Below, one piece after another: positions 9,370-17,967 of a DNA stretch of 64,000 nt. Numbering within the stretch: the first letter of the stretch is position 1; each line of letters starts with the position of its first letter. The stretch lies in the IMG/VR virus record IMGVR_UViG_3300028829_003504, positions 124,001 through 188,000 of that record, one strand, 5' to 3'. The translations under genes were made by a program, and so were the position numbers. The notes beneath the pieces were generated by a model. It was not told the origin of the DNA. It saw only the letters and a list, made by a program, of their open reading frames with translations, and searched no databases.

Positions 9370-11391
9370 TTAATGTTTAAGGCCAATAAGCTTACGTCTA
9401 GCTTCGGGTGAATCACCAACAACAGCAGTAAACCATTTGTCCATTTCAGGACTACACGCTGGGTTGATTTTAAATAAGCGGCGAGTTTCTGGGTTCATAC
9501 CAAAGTATTCTAACTCGTCTTCCGACATTTCGCCGAGTCCTTTGATGCGCTTAACACCAGTCTTACTGGTCCCTTTAGGAAGTTGGTCAGTAACTTCTTC
9601 GAGAGTCATACCGCCGTAGAATTGTCCGTTATGATTAATACTGAACAAGGGGTTATCAACTACGTAGACTAAACCTTCTTTATATACGTCAGGTACGAAC
9701 TTATGTAAGAAGCCAAGCAATGAAGTACCGATATGGAATCCATCAGGGTCGGCATCAGGCATGATGATAATAGCACCACGAACACGAAGTTTATCAATAC
9801 TGAATTGAGGAACACCCGTGTTACGCTTATCTATCTTCAACTCAAGACCAAGAGCAATCAGCAAATCTTGTATTACTTTATTGTTCACAACTTTATCAAG
9901 AGAAGCACTAACAGCATTCAAGGGCTTACCTCTAAGCTTCAACACTTCTTGGTACTCAGGGTCACGCGCGTTCTTAGCAGTACCACCAGCAGAGTCACCT
10001 TCTACAATGTAGAGTTCACGATGTTCTGGTTTTGCATCAGGTGCAATGGTTAATACTTCTGGAATGATTGCACCTTTCGATTTTTTCTTAGTATCGGAAA
10101 GAGATTTCATTACTGACTTCAACCCTTCAACTTGCTTCTGGAATTCAGTAGCACGTTTGATTAGGTTCTTAGCGATGTTGGGATTCTTCTTGAAGTACTC
10201 AGTCAGGGGATCGACTAACATATCCTCAACGTCTTTATCAACTTTCGATTCCAACTTATCTTTTATCTGACCGCTGAATTGCGCGCCGTGCATTTTCCAT
10301 TCGAAGAAACCTACAAGACCCATCATCAAGTCTTCACGCTTAAAGCCAAGGCCTTTCTTCTTACCTTTAGTTTTAGCTGCTGACTCATGAGGTTTGATTG
10401 CTCTGGCGAGTGCTGCTTTAAAGCCATTGACATGAGTACCGTGCTCAATACTCGGAGAACTGTTTACGAAAGATTTAAACAGTTCTGCATCAGTATGATC
10501 AGACCATTGAACGGCAACAGTCATGTAGTCTGTCTGTAGCGTGAATGGTTTACGGCCAACAGAATTCAATTCGTTCTCGTCCATAAATATTTTAGGTATA
10601 GCATCAAGACCTTTCTTGTTGACCATTGTCTTAGACTTTAACTTACCTTTAACTACTTGCGATACTGTCAACGTTAATCCTGGATTAAGCAATGTCATAT
10701 TGCGTAACCAAGGGCCTACGGATTTAGCATTCTGCTTAGCAGGAATTGGTTTGAATGTTTTCTTTTTGCGCTCTGAACGACTAGCGTTTTCGGCAATGAT
10801 TGTAAAGTCAGGAGTAAAACGAACGATTGTACCGTAGCCGCTTTTCTTCTGCAATAGATCCATAACATCTTTTCCGGGCTTCTTGTTCTTTGGATTAGGA
10901 AAGTCCGTCTCACCTTTTGTGAATGATTGATAAGACCACTTACCTCCAAATGACGACCATACTTCAAGCTTAGCAGAGCAGGCGTTAACAGCAGCACTAC
11001 CGACACCATGCGTACCAGCAGATGTTTTATAGGCATCTTGATTGTTCTTACCGCCAGCATGTATGCGAGTGAATACGGCGGTAAGAGAGTTTATCTTATC
11101 ACCGCCTTTGAGTTTCTTCATACCGACTGGAATACCGCCCGCGAAATCGGCAACGATATAACTGTGTTTTGTTGGGTCAAGAACAATCTCACCTGCTTTA
11201 CATCGACCCGCTATGTATTCATCGTAGAAGTTATCCACTTGCTCTTTGATCATTCTGAAAAGCATCGGATTACCTAAGGCACCCATGTACATACTAGGGT
11301 TCATTCTTATGCCATCAAGGCCTTCAAGGATTTCAATACTTTCCGAGCTATAATCCTTACCTTTCGTGGCTTTCTTTTTCTTAGCTACCAT
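9370..11391 (-). CDS. gyrB: Type IIA topoisomerase B subunit (GyrB/ParE-like)
   Basis: LEGLDGIRMNPSMYMG, HAGGK, GTHGVGSAAVNA, TOPRIM VEGDSAGG, LRGKPLN, DADPDG, RIKGLGEM. Confidence 0.95.
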   Translation of the reverse strand: MVAKKKKATKGKDYSSESIEILEGLDGIRMNPSMYMGALGNPMLFRMIKEQVDNFYDEYIAGRCKAGEIVLDPTKHSYIVADFAGGIPVGMKKLKGGDKINSLTAVFTRIHAGGKNNQDAYKTSAGTHGVGSAAVNACSAKLEVWSSFGGKWSYQSFTKGETDFPNPKNKKPGKDVMDLLQKKSGYGTIVRFTPDFTIIAENASRSERKKKTFKPIPAKQNAKSVGPWLRNMTLLNPGLTLTVSQVVKGKLKSKTMVNKKGLDAIPKIFMDENELNSVGRKPFTLQTDYMTVAVQWSDHTDAELFKSFVNSSPSIEHGTHVNGFKAALARAIKPHESAAKTKGKKKGLGFKREDLMMGLVGFFEWKMHGAQFSGQIKDKLESKVDKDVEDMLVDPLTEYFKKNPNIAKNLIKRATEFQKQVEGLKSVMKSLSDTKKKSKGAIIPEVLTIAPDAKPEHRELYIVEGDSAGGTAKNARDPEYQEVLKLRGKPLNAVSASLDKVVNNKVIQDLLIALGLELKIDKRNTGVPQFSIDKLRVRGAIIIMPDADPDGFHIGTSLLGFLHKFVPDVYKEGLVYVVDNPLFSINHNGQFYGGMTLEEVTDQLPKGTSKTGVKRIKGLGEMSEDELEYFGMNPETRRLFKINPACSPEMDKWFTAVVGDSPEARRKLIGLKH

Positions 11392-11395
11392 TATA

Positions 11396-11836
11396 TCATC
11401 CTAATAGGTTTTCTGGAATACCGTAATCATCAGCCGTATTGTTACTTGGCTCCATGACTCTTAATTGGTTTACGTACTGTCTAAAAGCCGAGATGGCTTC
11501 TTCGTTTTTGTCAAAGGGAAACTCTAAGCCACCAGGCTCTTTATCGTCATCTAATTCACCACTCAACCAACGTCTAATTATAACGCTGTGCTGGATGTGA
11601 GTATAGGACGCTTCAAGAAGTTCCATACTACAAATCGATCTATCTAACTGGTCAATGTTGACTGGGTGGAACATACAATTAGTGAAGTCCAGTTTAATAG
11701 TGTTTGTGTTAACGTCAAAGAATACTATTGAGTAGTATTCACCTATAGGTATAACGCGAAATACTGAGTCTTTTGTTTGTTCTATTTTATCCTTGATTGC
11801 TTCTACCAGATGATTAAATTTATTTAGATCGTTCAA
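11396..11836 (-). CDS. Hypothetical protein
   Basis: 146 aa, operon-packed. Confidence 0.7.
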   Translation of the reverse strand: MNDLNKFNHLVEAIKDKIEQTKDSVFRVIPIGEYYSIVFFDVNTNTIKLDFTNCMFHPVNIDQLDRSICSMELLEASYTHIQHSVIIRRWLSGELDDDKEPGGLEFPFDKNEEAISAFRQYVNQLRVMEPSNNTADDYGIPENLLG

Positions 11837-12374
11837 TTATATGTACCTCTGTCTCGGCCGTCATCATCAATAAGCGCTCAATGCTATCTTGTGTGAGGTT
11901 GTTATTACGGGGTAGTACAGTAGTGCCATAAAAGGGAAGTTCCTTTAACGGTTGTGTTTTGATAGCATTAGCATGATTGTACATGATCATTTCATATATC
12001 TGAGTAATGCCTTCATTCTTAAATAAGGGGAGCACCTCGCATTGCGCCAAAACTGTCTCCATAATTAGCTTAGCTTTACTTAAATCCTCCAAGTGCTTAA
12101 CTAGAACTCCGTACTTAGCTTTAGCTTTCGTACTCTCAGCTTCGGCTTGATACAGGTCTTGGTGCTTAATATTATTATTTGCAACGGAGGAGTCGGCCAC
12201 AATATTCTTATGATAAGCAATTGCTGCTTGACCCATGGATATATCTCCAGCGACATCGCCCATAGAGGATTCTATATTTAATAATTCACGTACGGTGAAG
12301 TGATACACACTAGAGTCTAAGATGAAACTCTTAGCGGCTAGTAGATAGGATACGTGAGGTAGTTGATCAGGCAT
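11820..12374 (-). CDS. Hypothetical protein
   Basis: 184 aa, AAGGA RBS. Confidence 0.7.
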   Translation of the reverse strand: MPDQLPHVSYLLAAKSFILDSSVYHFTVRELLNIESSMGDVAGDISMGQAAIAYHKNIVADSSVANNNIKHQDLYQAEAESTKAKAKYGVLVKHLEDLSKAKLIMETVLAQCEVLPLFKNEGITQIYEMIMYNHANAIKTQPLKELPFYGTTVLPRNNNLTQDSIERLLMMTAETEVHIIERSK

Positions 12375-12397
12375 GTGAGTTTCCTTTTGACAAAAGC

Positions 12398-12425
12398 AAA
12401 AAAGGCAGCTACAGGAGCCGCCTTT
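12398..12425 (-). terminator. Intrinsic terminator
   Basis: AAAGGCGGCT-CCTGT-AGCTGCCTTT followed by a T run on the minus strand. Confidence 0.75.
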
Positions 12426-12449
12426 CTATTTTTACTGGACGAGATTCAA

Positions 12450-12872
12450 TTAATCATCGAAATCGAAATCTTCGTCATCAGACTTTTTTGCCGCTTTACC
12501 TTTCTTAGCTTTCACTTTTTTAGCTTTAGCTGGTTTTTCTTTTTTAGCTTTAGCTGGTTTTTCTTTTTTAGCTTTAGCTGGTTTTTCTTTTTTAGCTTTA
12601 GCTGGTTTTTCTTTTTTAGCTTTGCCTGACTTTTCTTTTTTAGCTTTGCCTGACTTTTCTTTTTTAGCTTTAGGAGCTTCACCAGAAGCATCAGAAGATG
12701 TAATAGTCTCTACTTCTGCATCTATAGCATCCGCTTCGGCGTTAAGGGCATCAACAACTTTCTGCTGTGCAGCTAGACCCTTCTCAATAAGTGTTGCTTG
12801 TTTGCGGATTGATTTAGCGTTTCTAGTTATAGCGCCGGTGCTTTTCTTTGTAGCTAGGAAACCTTTAGCCAT
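12450..12872 (-). CDS. Histone H1-like Lys/Ala-rich protein
   Basis: Start MAKGFLAT (GAGG RBS); repeated KAKKEKPA/KSG units; acidic end DEDFDFDD. Confidence 0.75.
   Translation of the reverse strand: MAKGFLATKKSTGAITRNAKSIRKQATLIEKGLAAQQKVVDALNAEADAIDAEVETITSSDASGEAPKAKKEKSGKAKKEKSGKAKKEKPAKAKKEKPAKAKKEKPAKAKKEKPAKAKKVKAKKGKAAKKSDDEDFDFDD
12517..12671. repeat. 24-nt tandem coding repeat, about 6 units (KAKKEKPA/KAKKEKSG)
   Basis: TTTTTTAGCTTTAGCTGGTTTTTC units read directly. Confidence 0.9.
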
Positions 12873-12973
12873 TGTAAATTCCTCTTTTAGAGATTTAAGT
12901 AGGTGCGGACGAAATGCCCGCACGCGTTCAATTAAAATTATAACGATTTGTGAATCAAAGTAAGACGGTCGGA

Positions 12974-13765
12974 TTAATCTTCGTCTTCGTCCCACTCTTC
13001 GTCTTCATCATCGTCTTCATCTTCATCGTCTTCTTCGTCTTCGTCTTCGTCTTCGTCCCACTCTTCGTCTTCTTCTTCACCATCTTCATCGTCATCGCCG
13101 TCTTCATCGCCGAAGGTTTCGTTGTAAAGTTCTTCAACGTCATCGTCGTCCATTTTCTTGGCTTTGCCTTTCTTGATGGTACCTTCTTCGACTAAAGCGG
13201 CACGCATGTCGTCGGCTGACATTTCTTCTTCTTCGTCATCGTCATCGCCGTCTTCATCGCCGAAGTTTTCGTTGTAAAGTTCTTCAACGTCATCGTCGTC
13301 CATTTTCTTGGCTTTGCCTTTCTTAACAATGCCTTCTTCAACTAAAGCGGCACGCATGTCGTCGGCTGACATTTCATCGCCGTCTTCATCTTCGTCTTCA
13401 TCATCGCCGTCTTCAAGATGTTCGGCAGCAAGTTCTTGAAGATCACTATCGTCCATTTTCTTCAACTTAGCTTTAGTTTTACCTTTAAGTTTTAATGCAA
13501 CAAGTTCACGGATAACTTCGTCACGATCGAACTCTTCATCTTCATCTTCATCTTCCCACTCTTCATCATCAGGTTCAGCTTTTTTAGCTTTGCCTTTGCC
13601 TTTAGATTTAGGTGAAGTATTAGGTGAAGTATCGGTATCGCCGGCTGCCACTTGCGCTTGTTCAATTACATCTTCAAGAGTAAGACCAGCTTCTTCTGCG
13701 CCAGTTAAAAGATTAAGTAATGCAGTTGCTACGTTGTATACTGGTGCTTTATTTTTCTTAGCCAT
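12974..13765 (-). CDS. Highly acidic protein with three small helical repeat modules
   Basis: Two near-identical MSADDMRAALVEEG.KKGKAKKMDDDDVEELYNE.FG units (120 nt duplication) plus one diverged unit. Confidence 0.85.
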   Translation of the reverse strand: MAKKNKAPVYNVATALLNLLTGAEEAGLTLEDVIEQAQVAAGDTDTSPNTSPKSKGKGKAKKAEPDDEEWEDEDEDEEFDRDEVIRELVALKLKGKTKAKLKKMDDSDLQELAAEHLEDGDDEDEDEDGDEMSADDMRAALVEEGIVKKGKAKKMDDDDVEELYNENFGDEDGDDDDEEEEMSADDMRAALVEEGTIKKGKAKKMDDDDVEELYNETFGDEDGDDDEDGEEEDEEWDEDEDEDEEDDEDEDDDEDEEWDEDED

Positions 13766-13866
13766 TTTGGTTTTCCTTTAAGGGTATTTCATTTAATAAG
13801 ATTTAATAAAAGACAAGACAGAGTGCCTTGTCTCAATTGTTTACAGTTTGCAGGGTAACTAATGTT

Positions 13867-14361
13867 TTACTTTAAAAAAGAGATTACGTTAACAGTGACG
13901 CCTGGGCGTTTTTGGATATGAATTTCAGCACCGTCTGGTTCTTTCAAAATGTATGCACCATCTTTAATTGAAACAGAAACATCTTTAAACAAAGCAACTT
14001 CGGTTTTTTCAGTTACTACGATTTTAGCTTTTCCACCTACAGTACCTTCAACGGCAATTACGTTATCACGATCAATAAGCATAACGCCTTCTTTAGAAGA
14101 ACCTGACTTAGGCTTGGTAAGGAAGCTAATCGAACTAGAATCCATACTTGAGATAATACCGAAACGAGTAACTACGCTATCCGCCAGTACCGATACGGTA
14201 GATAGTGCGCCTTTATAGGCTTTTACAGTACTCTTAACTTTAACTTTTGCTTCATTACGTTGGACACGTATGTTGCTTTTACTACTTGACTTAGTAGACT
14301 TCTTTGCTAGGCCTGATGATTTAGACTTAGCTACAGTTTTTTTACTTTTCTTGTCTGCCAT
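13867..14361 (-). CDS. Hypothetical protein, Lys/Ser-rich N-terminus
   Basis: 164 aa, AGGAG RBS, AAACTGTAAA motif upstream. Confidence 0.75.
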   Translation of the reverse strand: MADKKSKKTVAKSKSSGLAKKSTKSSSKSNIRVQRNEAKVKVKSTVKAYKGALSTVSVLADSVVTRFGIISSMDSSSISFLTKPKSGSSKEGVMLIDRDNVIAVEGTVGGKAKIVVTEKTEVALFKDVSVSIKDGAYILKEPDGAEIHIQKRPGVTVNVISFLK

Positions 14362-14427
14362 TGTGCATGTTCTCCTAGAACGTTTAATTGTGGTTACAAT
14401 ATTATTTTACAGTTTTAGTTAAAGTGG

Positions 14428-14453
14428 ATAGTGAGAGTACGTACTCTCACTAT
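14428..14453. repeat. Perfect 26-bp palindrome
   Basis: ATAGTGAGAGTAC|GTACTCTCACTAT, intergenic. Confidence 0.9.
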
Positions 14454-14462
14454 GGGAAAATA

Positions 14463-15794
14463 TTATTCTTCTGAAACCAATTCGCTTTCTGCCGCACTGT
14501 CTAAGCTACTTACTAACAGTAGATCACCACCATGTAGGAACAAGGCGTCTAATTCTTCGTCTGTTACCGGATTGATCTCAGCAGGAAGCAAGGATTCGCC
14601 TCCAAGGGAATCTTCTAGAGAGTCACGGCTAACAGCCATGAAGCCTGAGCTAACCAATGAATCAATAAGAATTCGCAAGTCTGGGTCTGTTACTGCAAGG
14701 TCAGAGTTGAATGCGAATGATACTACGGCAGGTAAGTCTCCGCGTAGTCTGCCAATAAGAGCCACTAGTTTACGTGCCATAACATCAGGACGTTGCGTTG
14801 CATACAAGGCAGGCACTTGCATAGAAATATTAACAACGCTATTTGTTATGACTTCCAGACTGCTTTGGTTTTGAGGCGAGCTATAACCTACTGCGTCGAT
14901 AAATTCTTCGAAGCCAATTAATGAACCTGCTTCTTCTTCATCATCATCACCGCCTGCATCGACGACAACGCCTTCAATTTCATTGAGTTCGATATCACAA
15001 TGCGTATTTAAAAGTTTCCATTGTACCAGTTCGCCTACATGAGAGGAAAGCATATCAGTAATCTGTCTGCCGTGTAAATCAGGAGCAACAACACGAATTT
15101 CTTCACTAGGTAGATTACTCAAGTATTCAATTACACTACGTAAAGGTTTTGCGAAGGCCGGGACTGCATCATTTTCAGATTTAACACGTTGGAATGGAGA
15201 CCAATAATTAACTGAAACTTCTTCGGTGACGTCAACATTAACTAACTGAGACTTCAATCCGGCAAATAAGTCAGGACCCGTCAAGTTGAATGTAGCGACA
15301 AGGACAGGACTTAATTTATGTGAAGCGTAGTTTGACATAAATGACGAGAAAGAGCCTTCTTCGAATAATTGATTACGATCAAGTGTAGGTTCTTCTTCGG
15401 CGTCCATATCTTCTTCGGCGTCCATATCTTCTTCGGCGTCCATATCTTCTTCGGCGTCCATATCTTCTTCGGCGTCCATATCTTCGGAATCTAAATGTGT
15501 ATCTGCGTGGAAATCTGACGGCACAAGAGCATCAATCTCACCGTTACTTACGTTCAAAGTTATAGCTTCCTCAGAAGCTTGTACGTTTTGACCACCCGTA
15601 TTCAAGTGGGCTTTGTTTTGATTTTCTTGGTTAGACATAATAGCTTTCCTTTTATTACTTTTATGATTGGCAGGGTTGAGCCCTGCCGCGATAGCACGTT
15701 GATTAGCTAAGTTTGCAGTAGGCGCTTCACCTAGGGCTTTCTGTATAACAGAACCTAAATTAACCGCCGTTGCTACTTTAACTTTATTTTGCAA
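14463..15794 (-). CDS. Hypothetical acidic protein (alternative start 15638)
   Basis: 443 aa; MDAEED x5; both candidate starts have an RBS. Confidence 0.75.
   Translation of the reverse strand: MQNKVKVATAVNLGSVIQKALGEAPTANLANQRAIAAGLNPANHKSNKRKAIMSNQENQNKAHLNTGGQNVQASEEAITLNVSNGEIDALVPSDFHADTHLDSEDMDAEEDMDAEEDMDAEEDMDAEEDMDAEEEPTLDRNQLFEEGSFSSFMSNYASHKLSPVLVATFNLTGPDLFAGLKSQLVNVDVTEEVSVNYWSPFQRVKSENDAVPAFAKPLRSVIEYLSNLPSEEIRVVAPDLHGRQITDMLSSHVGELVQWKLLNTHCDIELNEIEGVVVDAGGDDDEEEAGSLIGFEEFIDAVGYSSPQNQSSLEVITNSVVNISMQVPALYATQRPDVMARKLVALIGRLRGDLPAVVSFAFNSDLAVTDPDLRILIDSLVSSGFMAVSRDSLEDSLGGESLLPAEINPVTDEELDALFLHGGDLLLVSSLDSAAESELVSEE
15392..15487. repeat. 18-nt tandem coding repeat (DMDAEE x5)
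   Basis: TCTTCTTCGGCGTCCATA units. Confidence 0.9.
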
Positions 15795-15808
15795 AACAGA
15801 CCCCTTTA

Positions 15809-17215
15809 TTAAAGTTTATACCAGAGTTGCTCTGTGTTTTGATTTACAGTTTTGTTATCGCATGTTCGAACGATAACCCCAGTGTGAGGTACTCCTTTAA
15901 CTTTCTGTACAACTGCCATGGCACGCTGCTTTAAAGTCTTGGTGGACCCTACTTTTATCTCTACTATAGGTAGAGCTGATATACCCATTCGCTTGAACTG
16001 CTTTTGGATATTAATAAATCCAGCTCTAACAAAGCGTACGCCCTCAACATTGTCATCTATAAACATATCGAATGCGTAGAACTTAGCGCGTTGACCTATG
16101 TTAGCATCTTTTCGCCATGTAGATTCTTGCTTCTTTCTATCCTTTACAATTTCAGTAAAGGCATGTACGCTGGAAAGGAAGGATTTAGCCTTTTCGCATT
16201 TAATACGATTAGACTTTTTAACGCGCCGCCCATTTGTATCCAATAAGGTAACCCTATCAACAAGGTCCTGTGCTTGCCTAATAACAATCTTCTTTTCGGA
16301 TAAATATCTTGAAGCTTCTCGCTGCTCGGTATTTAAACCTACTACGCAATCTTTATGATCTGATAAGTCTTGGTCCAACCAGTCGCTAAACAAAGATTCC
16401 TTAGTAGCGCCGAGGCGACTCCCTGATAACTCCTTTACAGCTTTAGCATTTAATACGGTTTTACCTGTTACTACAACGTATGTTCCTACGTAAGGCATTA
16501 CCTCAGCACTAAGCTTAGAGGGTATAGATCCACAAGAACAGGCTTGCTTGAGAAAAGGTACGAACTTACTATTCTCTTTGAGAAAGGCTCCGTATAGTCT
16601 GTACCCTTCTCGGGCTGAGCTAGTTCTATATACTAGTAACGTATCACGGCCATCAAGGTTAGGTCCAACGAATACGCTCTTTGGATTGTATGTCTTAATT
16701 GCGTTTTCTATATTACTATCTTTTACAGAAAACATACTAGTATACTTAGCATAGTGCTTTTGTACATTAGACATATAGGCGGTTAAACCGTCAGGGCTAT
16801 TAGAAATGGCCTGCTGTATATGCTGTTTAAGTGCGAATAGTATATCCTCATAGGATACAATATTACCTCCGTATTCAGGTCTATCGCCATAAGCAAAGCA
16901 ACGCCAGAATGAGGACAACCTCGCATCTAAAGGTAGACCTAAGCCTGCCGCGTATAGTTCTGATATACGAACACATGACGTTAGAGAGAACTCCCTAGAT
17001 ACAGTTCTATACAGGACTTTAAGGGTTCTTAGATACAACCTTGGAACTAAGTGGCGAGAAGCTGGACCTCGCTGATCTTGAACAGGAGGTTTAATCTCAA
17101 AAGACATTGAAGTTTTAATCAAATCAGTGTCCGTTGTTTCCTCAAACACAGAGTTATGATATAGCTTTATTATGGCCGCTAAAGGTACGTCGGATAGGAC
17201 ATGGGTTAGAGACAT
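15809..17215 (-). CDS. Degenerate NAD-dependent-ligase-like adenylation-domain protein
   Basis: VGPNLDG (cf. EPKLDG), VVTGKTV (cf. VRGEV), FYAFD, TGVIVR (cf. DGVVIK), terminal LWYKL (cf. AYKF). Confidence 0.5.
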   Translation of the reverse strand: MSLTHVLSDVPLAAIIKLYHNSVFEETTDTDLIKTSMSFEIKPPVQDQRGPASRHLVPRLYLRTLKVLYRTVSREFSLTSCVRISELYAAGLGLPLDARLSSFWRCFAYGDRPEYGGNIVSYEDILFALKQHIQQAISNSPDGLTAYMSNVQKHYAKYTSMFSVKDSNIENAIKTYNPKSVFVGPNLDGRDTLLVYRTSSAREGYRLYGAFLKENSKFVPFLKQACSCGSIPSKLSAEVMPYVGTYVVVTGKTVLNAKAVKELSGSRLGATKESLFSDWLDQDLSDHKDCVVGLNTEQREASRYLSEKKIVIRQAQDLVDRVTLLDTNGRRVKKSNRIKCEKAKSFLSSVHAFTEIVKDRKKQESTWRKDANIGQRAKFYAFDMFIDDNVEGVRFVRAGFINIQKQFKRMGISALPIVEIKVGSTKTLKQRAMAVVQKVKGVPHTGVIVRTCDNKTVNQNTEQLWYKL

Positions 17216-17219
17216 TATA

Positions 17220-17576
17220 CTACTCCAAATTTAATAGGTCAGGCCTACAAGCTTCTTCTGCTATGAATAATAACGTACTTGGGTCGTGGTTTTGGCCGTG
17301 CGTCAATATAGCTACTTGTATGCCTGGCAATTGGTTTGATGTGAATTCAATCAGTTCAATTTTAGAATCGGCTGCTTTCAAATCCGCATTCATTGAGTCA
17401 ATGTCCAGGGTTACTACTCCGAAGTTGGCAAGTAGTAACTTTAACTGGGACAAATCTATAATAGATAAAATATCTACAAGATCCTTTAATACTAGGTTAA
17501 GCGACTCGCCTGCAGAGGCTGACCCTAAAGGGATATTAACCATTGCTGATAAAGTTTGATTAGTTCTTGATTCCAT
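17220..17576 (-). CDS. Hypothetical protein
   Basis: 118 aa, operon-packed. Confidence 0.6.
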   Translation of the reverse strand: MESRTNQTLSAMVNIPLGSASAGESLNLVLKDLVDILSIIDLSQLKLLLANFGVVTLDIDSMNADLKAADSKIELIEFTSNQLPGIQVAILTHGQNHDPSTLLFIAEEACRPDLLNLE

Positions 17577-17914
17577 AATTCAATCTTATCTCTATTCTTA
17601 TAAGTTTTTAATATGTCGGCTGCTTCTCTTTCGGAAACATTCCGCTGATGGACAACACACTTCTTTAAAAAAGCTTGCGTTGGCGTATGGTCTTGCTTAG
17701 TTATAACGGCCGTAATCATAGGTCGTCCATTAACTGCTTCGTACTTAGCAATAGCATCTAAGTATTTATATACTACGTCTGCCATACCCTCGGCTTCAAA
17801 CGGTAAACCGCATTTTGAGACTAAAGCCTCAAGGGTAATGGTTGATCGCATTCCAGCAGTCTCGACTAACGCAGAGTAGACTTTATATAAAAAGACTTTT
17901 TCTAGTTGGGACAT
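17525..17914 (-). CDS. Hypothetical winged-helix-like protein, probable paralog of 21099..21731
   Basis: STITLEAL...YLDAI...NGRPMITAVI resembles KTISYKKL...HLDRV...NRLPMLAALVV. Confidence 0.6.
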   Translation of the reverse strand: MSQLEKVFLYKVYSALVETAGMRSTITLEALVSKCGLPFEAEGMADVVYKYLDAIAKYEAVNGRPMITAVITKQDHTPTQAFLKKCVVHQRNVSEREAADILKTYKNRDKIELWNQELIKLYQQWLISL

Positions 17915-17967
17915 AAGACACCTCGAAGATTAGGGAAGTTAGAGACTTAACTTCCCAGATATATTAG

